From the NCBI GenBank assembly GCA_001949185.1, contig BDGG01000018.1, positions 310,001-374,000 of the forward strand: a stretch of 64,000 nt of DNA, in the 5' to 3' direction. The position numbers and the translations under genes are program-made. Positions 49,501-59,839 of the stretch are shown here, in pieces (position 1 is the stretch's first letter; every line of letters begins with the position of its first letter). A model generated the notes under the pieces. That model was not told the DNA's origin and ran no database searches. It worked only from the letters and a program-made list of their open reading frames with translations. This stretch comes from Ramazzottius varieornatus. Lineage: Eukaryota; Animalia; Tardigrada.

Positions 49501-52363
49501 CGCTGCTAGTTTGACCGTCAGTTCCAGCAGCACAAGCAGTACTAGTGTGAAAAGCCCGAGCGGTGGGCAAGCCAGAGAAGACACGATAGCTTGCGGTCTG
49601 TGCCGCGCCGAGTTCCCCCTTGCGGAGATTCTCTTGTTCATACGCCACAAAGCCACGCGTTGTGACAAGGAGAAACTGCCCAGGGGAAGCCTGCCTCAGT
49701 CAGGTCTGCCCATGGTCTCACCTTTCGAAACGCTAAAGACGGCCTCGCCTCGTCGGCCACACACTACTACCCTTCCCTCTTCCCACCACGACATGAGTGA
49801 CGCCGCTGGCGACGAGGAAGATGATGTACCCATCAACTTGTCTCTCAGCCCTGACCAGCAAGCCGACCGAAAAGGTACATACAAGCTTGCCTCAAGACCC
49901 AAACGCTTCGATAAAATGTAGGAAATGAAGGATGTTTATGCTTCTAACCACTGTCGATGTCATTGATGGTTGGTAGATAAGCTACACAAGGGTCCTTCCT
50001 GTGTTGTCAACTGCCCAAACTGTACGTTGAATGGTTGATCGTTGATTGACAGCTGGAGAGTTGGACTGTAGTGTGATTATGGCCAATGGTCTAACTTGGT
50101 TTTGCTTGTAGATGCCGGGGACCTGATCTGTCTGGGATGTCGGCAGTCTTTCGTCGAAGCCATCGATCTGCTGGGCCATCTGCAAAATGAGCACCGTCTG
50201 GCCCTTTTCGTGCGAGGAACCCTCAACCGCAACGGCGAAGTGGAGCCATCGACCTCCTCCACCACCTCTTCCAGTGGCACGCCACACTTGTCCCGTCAGC
50301 TCAACTCAACCAAGAACTGGTTGACCAACCGTGGCACCGCCGATGAAGCCTCAGGTAAATATCGCCATAATCCACACTAAATGAAATACGTTGACCGACA
50401 TCCCGTGAAGGGAGAGGGTTTTTGGTATTTCGACAAGAATTATCTCCTGAAGTGGCGCACAGTTTCACTGTTACGGGCCATCAGCGTGCGCCTCTTGGAA
50501 AAACCATCGGACTCGACAAGATGTGTTTCCCAAGCGGCGCACGCTTGTGGCAGTAGCAATGAAGGTGTGCGCCACTTGCGAGAACAGTCATGCCGAGTTG
50601 GTTTACGCAGCTCCCGTCTACTCTGAATATTGGTTTCTGGTGTTAGCGAGTGGAGTTGCGACATGGGGTGGTTCCGTCAGTGCAGAGCAGACCTCCTCTG
50701 ACCGGAAGATGGCGTCTTCGGAGACGGGGAAGAACGGTGAAGCGCGGTCCGGGGGAGAGAAGTTGCGGCAGTGCCCGCACTGTCTAAAGACCTTCCGCTT
50801 TCACAGCAACCTCGTCGTCCACATTCGCTCACACACGGGTGAAAAGCCCTTCAAGTGCGCCCAGTGCAATTACGCCTGCAAGCAAGCCTCCAAGCTGAAG
50901 AGACACATGAAGGTCCATGCCAGCCCGGGCAGTGGATGGAAGAATGGCGACGAAGGCAAAGAAAAGGCCGAAGCTTCAGGTAAAGCAAGCAGCAGTCAAT
51001 CAGTCAAGTGAACCAGTCCTTGATGATGGTTATGGCTTGTAGGTGAAGAAGCAACGATGGAGTCGGGTGATGAGGACGACGTGGAGGAACGAGCGCTGAG
51101 AATCGGCGATGACAGCCCGGAAGAAGGCGACAGCGAACAGGGCTTACCAGCTTCGCCGGGAAAGAAGGCGGCAAGGAAAGGCGGCAAGCGAACCATGGTC
51201 GACCCCAACCTGGCAGCAAGGTCAACTTCATCATGTCTCTTAAAAGAATGATTGGAAAATTGATTGTAATTTGTCTTTGTTCTTCAGGTTGTACGGGAGT
51301 TACTTGGGTCCATCGATGGTTCACCTGATGAACACGGAGCAGTCGGGTGGAACCTTCCCGGGCTACCTGCCCACATGGTTCAGCGCCAACTCGGGCCGCT
51401 CAAAGCGTAAGAGATCGTCTCCAGCGGGCAGCCGTGACCAGGAGCAAGAGCGCGAAGGAGAGCGGGAAAGCGAGAACGAACCCGGTAACTTGCTGATCAA
51501 CGAAGTGGCCGACGTCAGTATGGACGAAGAGGAGGACGATGACGAGATGGACGGCGAGTCTCGCGGCGTGTCGCCCAATGGGGCAGGCGATACCAAGAAC
51601 GGTAGCGTCGGCGAGTTCACCGCCGAAGACAAGGACAAGCGAAGAGACGTCTGCGAGTTCTGCGGCAAAACTTTCAAGAACTGCAGCAACTTGACGGTCC
51701 ATCGTCGAAGTCATACAGGTCAGTATAACCGTAGAATAATCGTTTAAACTGCACTGGGACCAAATTCTTTCTTTCCAGTCGATAGAATTTGCTTTAAGGG
51801 CCCCCTCTTACGTCTGTGATTTGGTGAAACCGATCAAAGCGATGTGTCTTGTAGGTGAGAAGCCGTACAAGTGTAATTTCTGCGATTACGCTTGCGCGCA
51901 AAGCAGCAAGCTGACGCGGCACATGAAGACACACGGTCGAGCGGGGAAGGATATTTACCGCTGTCGCTTCTGTTCGACACCCTTCTCCATCCCCAGCACG
52001 CTGGAGAAGCACATGCGCAAGTGCGTGACGACACGCGGATCCATGACGGGCATCGTCGGCATCCCGCCCTCCAACGCCCTGGGCGAGATTGAGTCGCTCA
52101 AGTGCCGCGCTTCGGAAGAAGAGTTCCCGGCACCCGTCACACGACGCAAAGAGTCCAACCGCGAGAGGAATACGGTGGAGATCCCTCTAGCCCCCAAACC
52201 CACGCCGGCTAGCATGGCCCCCATCCTGACGCTACCTTGCATCAAGGTCCACTCCCCACCCGGTGTCATCAACCTGGTCCACATCAAGATGGAACCCAAT
52301 TCCGACTCCAAGGAACCCATGACCGTTGTCGTCCAGCCCGAACCACCGGCTGTCACAGGCTAG
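43555..52363 (+). CDS. BCL11: BCL11A/B (CTIP; Drosophila chronophage-like) zinc-finger transcription factor
   Basis: Exons 43555-43621 ([13 protein letters not shown], NuRD-type motif), 49500-49874 (CCHC finger [24 protein letters not shown]), 50112-50354, 50686-50979 (double finger ...[13 protein letters not shown]), 51043-51220, 51288-51718 and 51855-52363 (triple finger [19 protein letters not shown]...[10 protein letters not shown]). Confidence 0.92.
44727..44775. repeat. Palindromic element, copy 8
   Basis: CAAGTGGTGCAC-25nt-ATGCGCCACTTG, BCL11 intron 1. Confidence 0.85.
47874..48075. mobile_element. ~200-bp MITE (CACG...CGTG ends, Tc1/mariner-like), same family as 56143 and 57418
   Basis: ~45-bp TIRs, TA on the right flank, and an interior (CACGGAACACGTTCGTACGTG...GCCGTCTTTTCCG) similar to 57418-57618. 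Confidence 0.65.
50449..50497. repeat. Palindromic element, copy 9
   Basis: GAAGTGGCGCAC-25nt-GTGCGCCTCTTG, BCL11 intron 3. Confidence 0.85.
50531..50578. repeat. Palindromic element, copy 10
   Basis: CAAGCGGCGCAC-24nt-GTGCGCCACTTG, BCL11 intron 3. Confidence 0.85.
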
Positions 52364-53108
52364 CCAAAGGTCAGGGCATCATAGCTTTTCCCCCGTAAAG
52401 GTCTCCCCTTACCTCTTTTATTCCAGCCCAGGGACTCCAAGGGACTCTTATCCATATTCAACGGACATGAGATCGAGCTGGATTATTAAGTGTCTGGTTT
52501 TGCAGCTCTGTCGGTGGCGCTTGAAGGCCAAAGTGATTGGCTTGCTGATACTGGTGCAAAGGAGAAGTGAGGGTTATGGTGAAAGGATGATGCGGTGAAA
52601 AGAAAGAAAGAAGAAACTTTAGAGTGTACCTTGCTATCGATTGTCATGTTGACCCTTGCACTGCATTTCCTGTTCGGTCTTCACGCTGTACTGTGGCCAC
52701 TTTGCTAGTTAGCCAGAGTTATTATGTGAAAAGAGAAAGACTCGTGTTTTCGTCTTGGTTATAGTTTTTTTTGTTGTTGCACGGTGGTGGATAGAGCCCG
52801 AGAACCGTCTCTTGGGACTTTTGACTTTTTCTCCCTTTAGCTGCTATTGCGAAAGCTGCGTTGATTCAGCTGACTTACTCGGCTTTGCTTTCTTGTCTTT
52901 GGTGTTGGATGCAAGTTTAACTGCATTTAAGTTCTCGGATATATTGTATTTCTTATTCTTAACTTTCTCCTCTTTTTATCTTATTATGATATTCTTACTG
53001 CACTTATCACAGAGAAAACTATCCACAGGCAATCGAAAGCTGCGATGGCTTCACTTCTTGGCAAATGGGAGATACTGTAGAAGAAGGAAACGCGCGAGGT
53101 TGCTTTCC

Positions 53109-53157
53109 CAAGTGGCGAACCTTTTCGTCATTTATGGCTGGCAGAATGCGCCACCTG
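53109..53157. repeat. Palindromic element, copy 11
   Basis: CAAGTGGCGAAC-25nt-ATGCGCCACCTG, downstream of BCL11. Confidence 0.8.
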
Positions 53158-53312
53158 GGATGACCATCTTGCATCTTTTGTTTAGCGGCCTGCTAAATGG
53201 GCCTTTGTTTGGCACGACAACTTGAGAAAACGAGGAAGATTTTGAGGACTGCAAAATCTGTTTATAATGATACAGCGAATAGCCTTCTCCTCTTCTGTTT
53301 ACTCTCATCTAA

Positions 53313-53853
53313 CGAGGGGATTTTTCCAATCCGCCGCCTCTGATGCTCAGACCCACATTTCAGGTGGATAGAGAAGAGTTTCCTCTATCGTCTGAGCCGA
53401 AAACCCCGTCATCATTCCCTTCCTGGAATAAACTGGACGGTTCGGAAGTGATCGTCCATTGACCGCTACAGTGCGCCGCGATGACGTGAAGTTTCTTGAT
53501 TGCCTCTTTGATTGACCACAGAACGATTAGCTGATCGCCCGTACTGCTGACGTTGCACCGTACCACACGCCTTAATGTGCTAAAAAAGCACAAAAGCAAG
53601 GCATCCGCTGCATAGCCAACAGTGCCGGCGATCAGCTGATCGTTTTGTGATCAATCAAAGAGGCAATCAAGAAACTTCACGTCATCGCGGCGCACTGTAG
53701 CGGTCAATGGACGATCACTTCCGAACCGTCCAGTTTATTCCAGGAAGGGAATGATGACGAGGTTTTCGGCTCAGACGATAGGGGAAACTCTTCTCTATCC
53801 ACCTGAAATGTGGGTCTGAGCATCAGAGGCGGCGGATTGGAAAAATCCCCTCG
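53313..53853. mobile_element. 541-bp foldback MITE with ~227-bp near-perfect TIRs
   Basis: CGAGGGGATTTTTCCAATCC... / ...GGATTGGAAAAATCCCCTCG, with about 5 mismatches between arms and TAA on both flanks. Confidence 0.9.
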
Positions 53854-55221
53854 TAAGTACAGCGTAGTACTTCCTGCTTCAGTGCATATCCGTACTTTTG
53901 CTGCCTTTATGAAGCGATGCAGGAAGTTGTTTTCCGCATTGGCTTTCTCTTCTTGCTCTTGGATCTTTTGGATCTTTGTTTGGCGCGACATCTTGAGAAA
54001 ACCTCGGTGCGATCTGTCTACAGAATTGGAAATTCAGATAGCGTATTGTCTCAAAGGGTGCGATTATGGTGGAGGGATGTCTGGCTCTTGGGCGCACCCA
54101 GCGCAGTCGTTAGAGCGCTTGTGGCGTTTGACATTTCGTCGTCGAGGAGAGAGCTTTTAACCACCACCATCTTCCCAACGTTATCATCATCATTAGAAGG
54201 CATTTCGGCAATCACATTACCAGCTGCTGTAAAGCCGATTAGATCAAAGTTTAAGTAGTCACTGCAGTCTCCCCAAAGCCGCACTATCCGACCACATCAG
54301 CGAGCCATGCCTTCGAAAATGGACTTCATCTCCGGCTAAAGGTACCCTGCAGTGGACTCATATAATTATCATAAAGTTGGAATGCATGCACCCTGGCAAA
54401 AAACGGATCAAGAGAGCTTAATTGACATATTACTAGTTTTTGATGTAGAGAAATCACTGTTATCACACTTGATCTGTTGATCACCGGAACCTCTTTTGGA
54501 TTCCGGCCGCGGGGAGCTAGCCGTGAGGCGAAGAGTGAAAGCTGTTATGCAAGACCTTTGCCCCGTGCGACGGGAGCTCGAGGCGCAGGAAACACCTGTC
54601 GCAAAACCTTCCGTGCAAGGCGGAAAGCTAAGCTTACCCGGGCCAAGGGATGGAAAGAGACAAAAGGAAGACCGCGCAAACAGCTTCCACTCTGCGAACA
54701 TGTCTTGAACCATGCACAACTTTGTCTTAGGGAGCATCCATTAATAACGTAAGGTTTCGATATTAGGAGACCTGAGCTGATCACCCCATCCTTTGTCAAG
54801 CAGTTCAAGCAATCAACTGGCTTGTGTTGACGTAACATTGCTGTCAGGTTTTGGGGAACCATCAGCCCTCCCTGAGTACCTGACGTCATTAATGATTGCT
54901 CCATTACGACGTCCTTCCTTCGTAGGGAACAAAGTCAGGCGCAGCTCTGTAAGAAAACTCACTCCTTGTTTTCCCCATACAAGAAGTTAACGACAAGCTT
55001 ACGCGGAAGACTCAATTCACTTGAGACGACGATCGTCCCTGACGTGAGAGGGAAATTAGATCGTGGGCTAAATTAGCTGAGACTGAAAGAAAGGCGGCCA
55101 TTGGGTGTCGTGCGCAATCGACCCTGCAACGCCTATCGCGTGTCTTCCTTGTTGGATCTCGAAACTACACGATCCGAGTTGACATCTTGATCAACAAGCC
55201 ATGTCACCCAGATTGCCGTCT

Positions 55222-55270
55222 TAAGTGGCGCACGTTCCTGATGATATTGGATGGAAGCGTGCGCCACTTG
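55222..55270. repeat. Palindromic element, copy 12
   Basis: TAAGTGGCGCAC-25nt-GTGCGCCACTTG, upstream of the allatostatin gene. Confidence 0.85.
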
Positions 55271-56142
55271 CGAAAACGATCTGGAGGTATTTATTTGCCG
55301 ACACCCCATTGAGCGACGGCGAAAAGTCTTACGTCCATGCTGCGCGCTTCACTCAGGGCTGGACGAGTAAAAGGATAGACATGGGCATCGTCTTGATTAA
55401 CGGGTTGGATTTGTTGGGCGCTTAAGTGGTGCATCAAGCAATGAAGGTCGAACATGGTAGATGAAAGGCCGCTGCTGAAATGAGCGGAAACATCTGCGGC
55501 ACGAGGCCGTAGGGCATGGCCTGCTCCTGCCCAACCATTAGGGGAACATCCCTTCCATCGTCAGCATGGGATCGATAAGATGTGCAGGAGGATGTGTTGA
55601 TAAGGAGAGGCTCGGTGCTACTTGAACCACACCTGCCGGTATCTTTATTTCTCGACTTGCCCTTTTCTTCTGTTGTACGAAAACTAGATATTGCCACTTT
55701 GCGGCTTTCCCAGTTTCTACTTGATACCCCCTCCACGCAGTGCTAAATTAACTTTCGAGACTTTCGATTTTCGAGAAAGTGCGGAAGTGTCACCAGTTGC
55801 TTCGTGTCGACATCCAAAGCATTTTGCTGGCAACAACTTGTTGGACTATCACAACTTCCTTCCGTCTTAACATCGCAGCTGACGTCGGCGACGACCCTAC
55901 ACGCACATCCGTAGTATACCTTTACAACCTTTTTCCAGGTAAGCTGATGCTCTTAATGAAAAATCGACACCGTGGAGAAACGCACACCGATATTCCGGTG
56001 ATGGTAACTTCGCATCAAGTTGCCGGTCGAAGAAGTATTTGCAAGCCGGCAAGAAAGACTAAATGCGTTGTACTAGAAGGTGTGTAATTTCATATCCGAT
56101 CCCTTTGTCACTTCGAATTCTCACACTTGACTACAGGGCAGA

Positions 56143-56305
56143 CAACAGACAGTCAAAATTATGGGACAGGCCTTTTCGCTAAGGCGGTACGGAAGCACGA
56201 ACCTACACGACCGATTCACAGTAATGTACTCTTCAACACTTTTCTACGGTTGAACGACCATTTTGCCGTCCCTTCCGCCTGTCCCATTATTACCCACTGT
56301 GCGTG
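56143..56305. mobile_element. Shorter copy of the ~200-bp CACG-MITE family (left end approximate)
   Basis: AAAATTATGGGACAGGCCTTTTCGCTAAGGCGGTACGGAAGCACG... aligns by eye with 57447-57590 and ends GTGCGTG|TA. Confidence 0.7.
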
Positions 56306-56945
56306 TACAGGGAACAGAAGGATTCCCAATTTAAAGTTCATCGGCGACCTCATGAACTTGTTCGGCTTTTCAGTCATCAGAGCCACAAATTAGAGAAAAG
56401 CTGGCGACGAACTGTCGTAGAACGGAGCAGATGTCTACAAATCTCCCAACCAATTACTTTGTTGCTGAAGGCTCTTTTGTTGAAGGACTTAACAAGGGCA
56501 ATAAAAAAAGCTCTTGGCAAAAGCGGCTTGTACAGCATACATCGACACTCGAGCCAACTTGCTGTACACTCCCTGATGCGTGTTTTCCTCCTCCACTCGC
56601 GCGCCACTTTCTAGCGGTGACGTCACTGACATTCAGCTCCACAGTGTTGATTCTTTCTTTTGAAGAGTGTGAACTGAAGATGATTTATGCAAATGAGCAA
56701 AGTGCACTCTACACTACTATTCAAACTTTTAACTTTGCTCCCATCCATCCATTCAAACCGATATAATCCCATTTCCAAATTTCCATTATTCAGCCACGTT
56801 GCGCACACAGCATGTGTCGTATTATGTCCATGTTTCGCAGTCGTTGTTATTTCATATTTTAGGTTCGTCAAAGCGACAAATACCTTTAGGACTCGCCCTT
56901 CGTCTTCATCATCGAGATCTGTTGCAGCTCTCCGGGGAATCTAAC

Positions 56946-57512
56946 ATGGCTCTCTCCTTCGCCCACATGATGACCTTTTCGGCCTGTCTGACCCTTTTTC
57001 TACTGGTCTCCTCTTTTGAAGCGGCTCCCCATGAGCGCTACATGTACAGCATGGGACTGGGTAAGCGCCTCTATTCACCCTACTCCTTCGGCCTGGGCAA
57101 ACGCGGTGGGAGCGATCGGCATCGCTTCGCTTTCGGACTGGGCAAAAGGACGTCGTGGGATGTCTACAGTGAGCCCACCGATATGGACGAAGGCGTGCTG
57201 GTCGATCGCGATGAAGACCCCGACTACTGGATGGAAGAAGAAAAGCGCGCCAGTCGACCTTCAGCCTACAGTTTCGGCCTAGGCAAACGCGCCAAGCCCC
57301 AACAGGATAGGTCATATTATTCCTTCGGCCTGGGCAAACGAGATGTGCTGCTGGCCGACAATAGCAACCCTGTAGCACAAGCCGCACTTCCCCAAGTCCT
57401 CCCTGCTGCCAAAGTTACACGTACGACGAGAAATTATGGGGCCAGTAAAAATTATGGGACCAGGCCTTTTCGCTACGGCGGTACGGAAGCACGTACGTAC
57501 GTGACCGATTGA
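56946..57512 (+). CDS. AstA: Allatostatin-A (FGLamide) neuropeptide precursor
   Basis: Signal peptide MALSFAHMMTFSACLTLFLLVSSFEA, then five GKR-flanked peptides: APHERYMYSMGLa, LYSPYSFGLa, GGSDRHRFAFGLa, ASRPSAYSFGLa and AKPQQDRSYYSFGLa. The C-terminus is uncertain (may splice 57420 to 57988 and stop at 58001). Confidence 0.92.
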   Translation: MALSFAHMMTFSACLTLFLLVSSFEAAPHERYMYSMGLGKRLYSPYSFGLGKRGGSDRHRFAFGLGKRTSWDVYSEPTDMDEGVLVDRDEDPDYWMEEEKRASRPSAYSFGLGKRAKPQQDRSYYSFGLGKRDVLLADNSNPVAQAALPQVLPAAKVTRTTRNYGASKNYGTRPFRYGGTEARTYVTD

Positions 57513-57618
57513 TAGCAATGCACTTTTAGACACTTTTCTACGTTTGAATTTCCATTTTGCTGTCTTTTCCGCCTGGTCCCATCATCTTTACTGGCCTAAT
57601 AATTTCCCGTCGTGCGTG
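57418..57618. mobile_element. 201-bp TA-flanked MITE overlapping the 3' end of the AstA ORF
   Basis: TA|CACGTACGACGAGAAATTATGGGGCCAGTAAAAATTATGGGACCAGGC ... GCCTGGTCCCATCATCTTTACTGGCCTAATAATTTCCCGTCGTGCGTG|TA. Confidence 0.8.
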
Positions 57619-59839
57619 TACGGTACATTCTTTCAGATGCCGCTGGCTTGCTTCCGCCCTTCTTCTTAAGACATGCATCCCCCCAATGACGACCTTTGAA
57701 TAAAATGTCCAAACGAAATCGTTTAGGCAGAGCAATTCCATTGAAATTTTATATTTCATATTGAAGGAATTGGTACCGAGTGCTGACGCAACCGATAAGC
57801 CCATTTCTATTAATCTCGCAAAAGCATGCTGCTTTCGTCTGGGGCGTTTACGTTATTTCAATCCAGAATTTGATTTCGCTGTGGCGCTGAATGTTCTTTA
57901 TAAAGCTATTAATATTTTGAAGATGAAGGTGTGCCTCTAAGGAAGATGAAGGTGGCCTTTCTTGAGAACGTGTGTGTTTCTTTGCAGGTCAACATCAGTG
58001 AAGACTGCTGGATGACGGTCCCGGGAGTAGAACGACTCTTTTGACGGAGCTTGAAGAGCCTTGATGCTGCATTGCTTGCTGTGCGGATAACGGTGGTGGT
58101 GGCACGCGTAGTTGCGGCGGTGAAGCTATCTTAGCCTTCTTTTTGGCTACATTGTCAAGTTTGATTAGCATGCTTCTTACAGTGCATCTCTTTTATAGCC
58201 AACTTAATAACTGAGAAATCTCTTTCCAGCTTACAAGACCATATTCCCCTCATCTATTTCATAAACAATTAGTTGCCTCTACCACGTGAAGTCGACATTG
58301 CTCGGTTACTATATTCACCGTTGCTCATACAAGCGCAGGCGCGGAAACATTAGAGGAAACTGCGGTATCGTCAGCAGGAACATCCGTGATAGAATTACAG
58401 CATAAAGAACACTTGGTAGGTGGAATAAAGATGGATGGAGGATACGGAAACGATGCACTGATCCGGAAGTAATCCTTTTTACTCTCTCCCCATTCAGCAG
58501 CAGTTGTCTGCGGGCGCACTGATTTCCAAGTGAGCAAACCCAAAGGAGCAATGTGTGTCGCCAGGATCGATCTAGATCTGCAAGAACCGCTTGCTGGTAA
58601 TCGCTCATCAAGTCGTTAACATTTGATCAATTTATAACGCGCCGATTAGGGACCGCCATAAAGGCAATCAATTTCACGCTTGTTTGTTCAAAGCATGTCA
58701 AAAGCATTTCTAAATGCAGTCGTTTCGTTTAAACGATCCTTTATCGAATTCCTCTGTTGAAAGAGCAACTTCCCTAATGAAGGTGCACGCTAATACCATA
58801 CATATTTGTATGACGCGTCCGTCAGCGAATTCTTGTATTGCGGAAGTGGAACGAACGCGACCTTATCAGAAAAAAATAAACTTTCATGGCCAACTGAAAG
58901 ACCTAAGCTGGTCAGACGAACTGGCAGGTAATTGGACTTCAAAGGTGGAAAACCCTCGACTGGGTATTTTCGTACTAAAATACAATCAGCTCAGTGCGCT
59001 TTTTGTGCACTTTCGTTCCGTAGCGGCAAGTGACGATCCCTCCTAACCGGCGGCCTAGACGTATAGCTGGCGCTTCGTCTGCGCCAGATACCGCTTTGCT
59101 TGCGGGTCCTTCGGTGGACATTGAAAAGGAGGGAAGGAATATGTACAGCCAGTGTCATGCATTAAGAGTTCCCCAATGAGTTAGCGCATGATATCAGTGG
59201 TACACTAGCGGTGGCGCTTTGTGGATTTTTGTTGGACAGTACGGCCCGAAGTGAGTCGTTTTCCTGGGGCGGAGGCATGTCTGCGATGACGTGGGTGATG
59301 GTCACTGTCAGATAGCGTTAAGGCTGATTTCTTATCACGCAAGTGCACGCGCACTTCGATCGAAAGATCGCGTGTCCCGAAGCACTGTGGCCCGTGCAAG
59401 GCAAAGTCAAACTTTTGTAAGGTGGAGCAAGCCTGGACTTCTCTATTCTCGACTGCCTAACATCACCACTACCATTGCACAAAGTAGCTGCTTGCATCAG
59501 CTTGAAGTACATTACATCTGTCCCAACAAAAAAAAATCCATCCAAACTTCGAAACTATTCCTTCTCGCTTTCTGTTCTCATGTACTTCGGAAAATATCCA
59601 TGTGAGACTTACACAATAAAGTTTTGGAATCAGCCTCTTTTGTGTCCGTAGATCCTTGCAATAATTAACGGCGCTAGTTGGTAGACTTATTTTGCGTTTT
59701 CCGGATGGGTGATCAAACGTCGAGAATGTCCGTGATCTAAGACTCCCGGATCTTCACGTGCGTTGTCGCATCAAGGCCGGGACGCTGATAATCTACCTTC
59801 CCCCCTCTCCTTGACAGCGTCGTTTCCTATATACAGACT

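Noticed and set aside
52755-53225. Hydrophobic 156-aa ORF as a membrane protein
   Set aside because: Explained by T-rich BCL11 3' UTR-like sequence, and it runs through palindrome copy 11.
53879-54284. Minus-strand short ORFs next to the foldback element as a transposase
   Set aside because: No DDE or HTH motifs recognisable, and they lie outside the TIRs.
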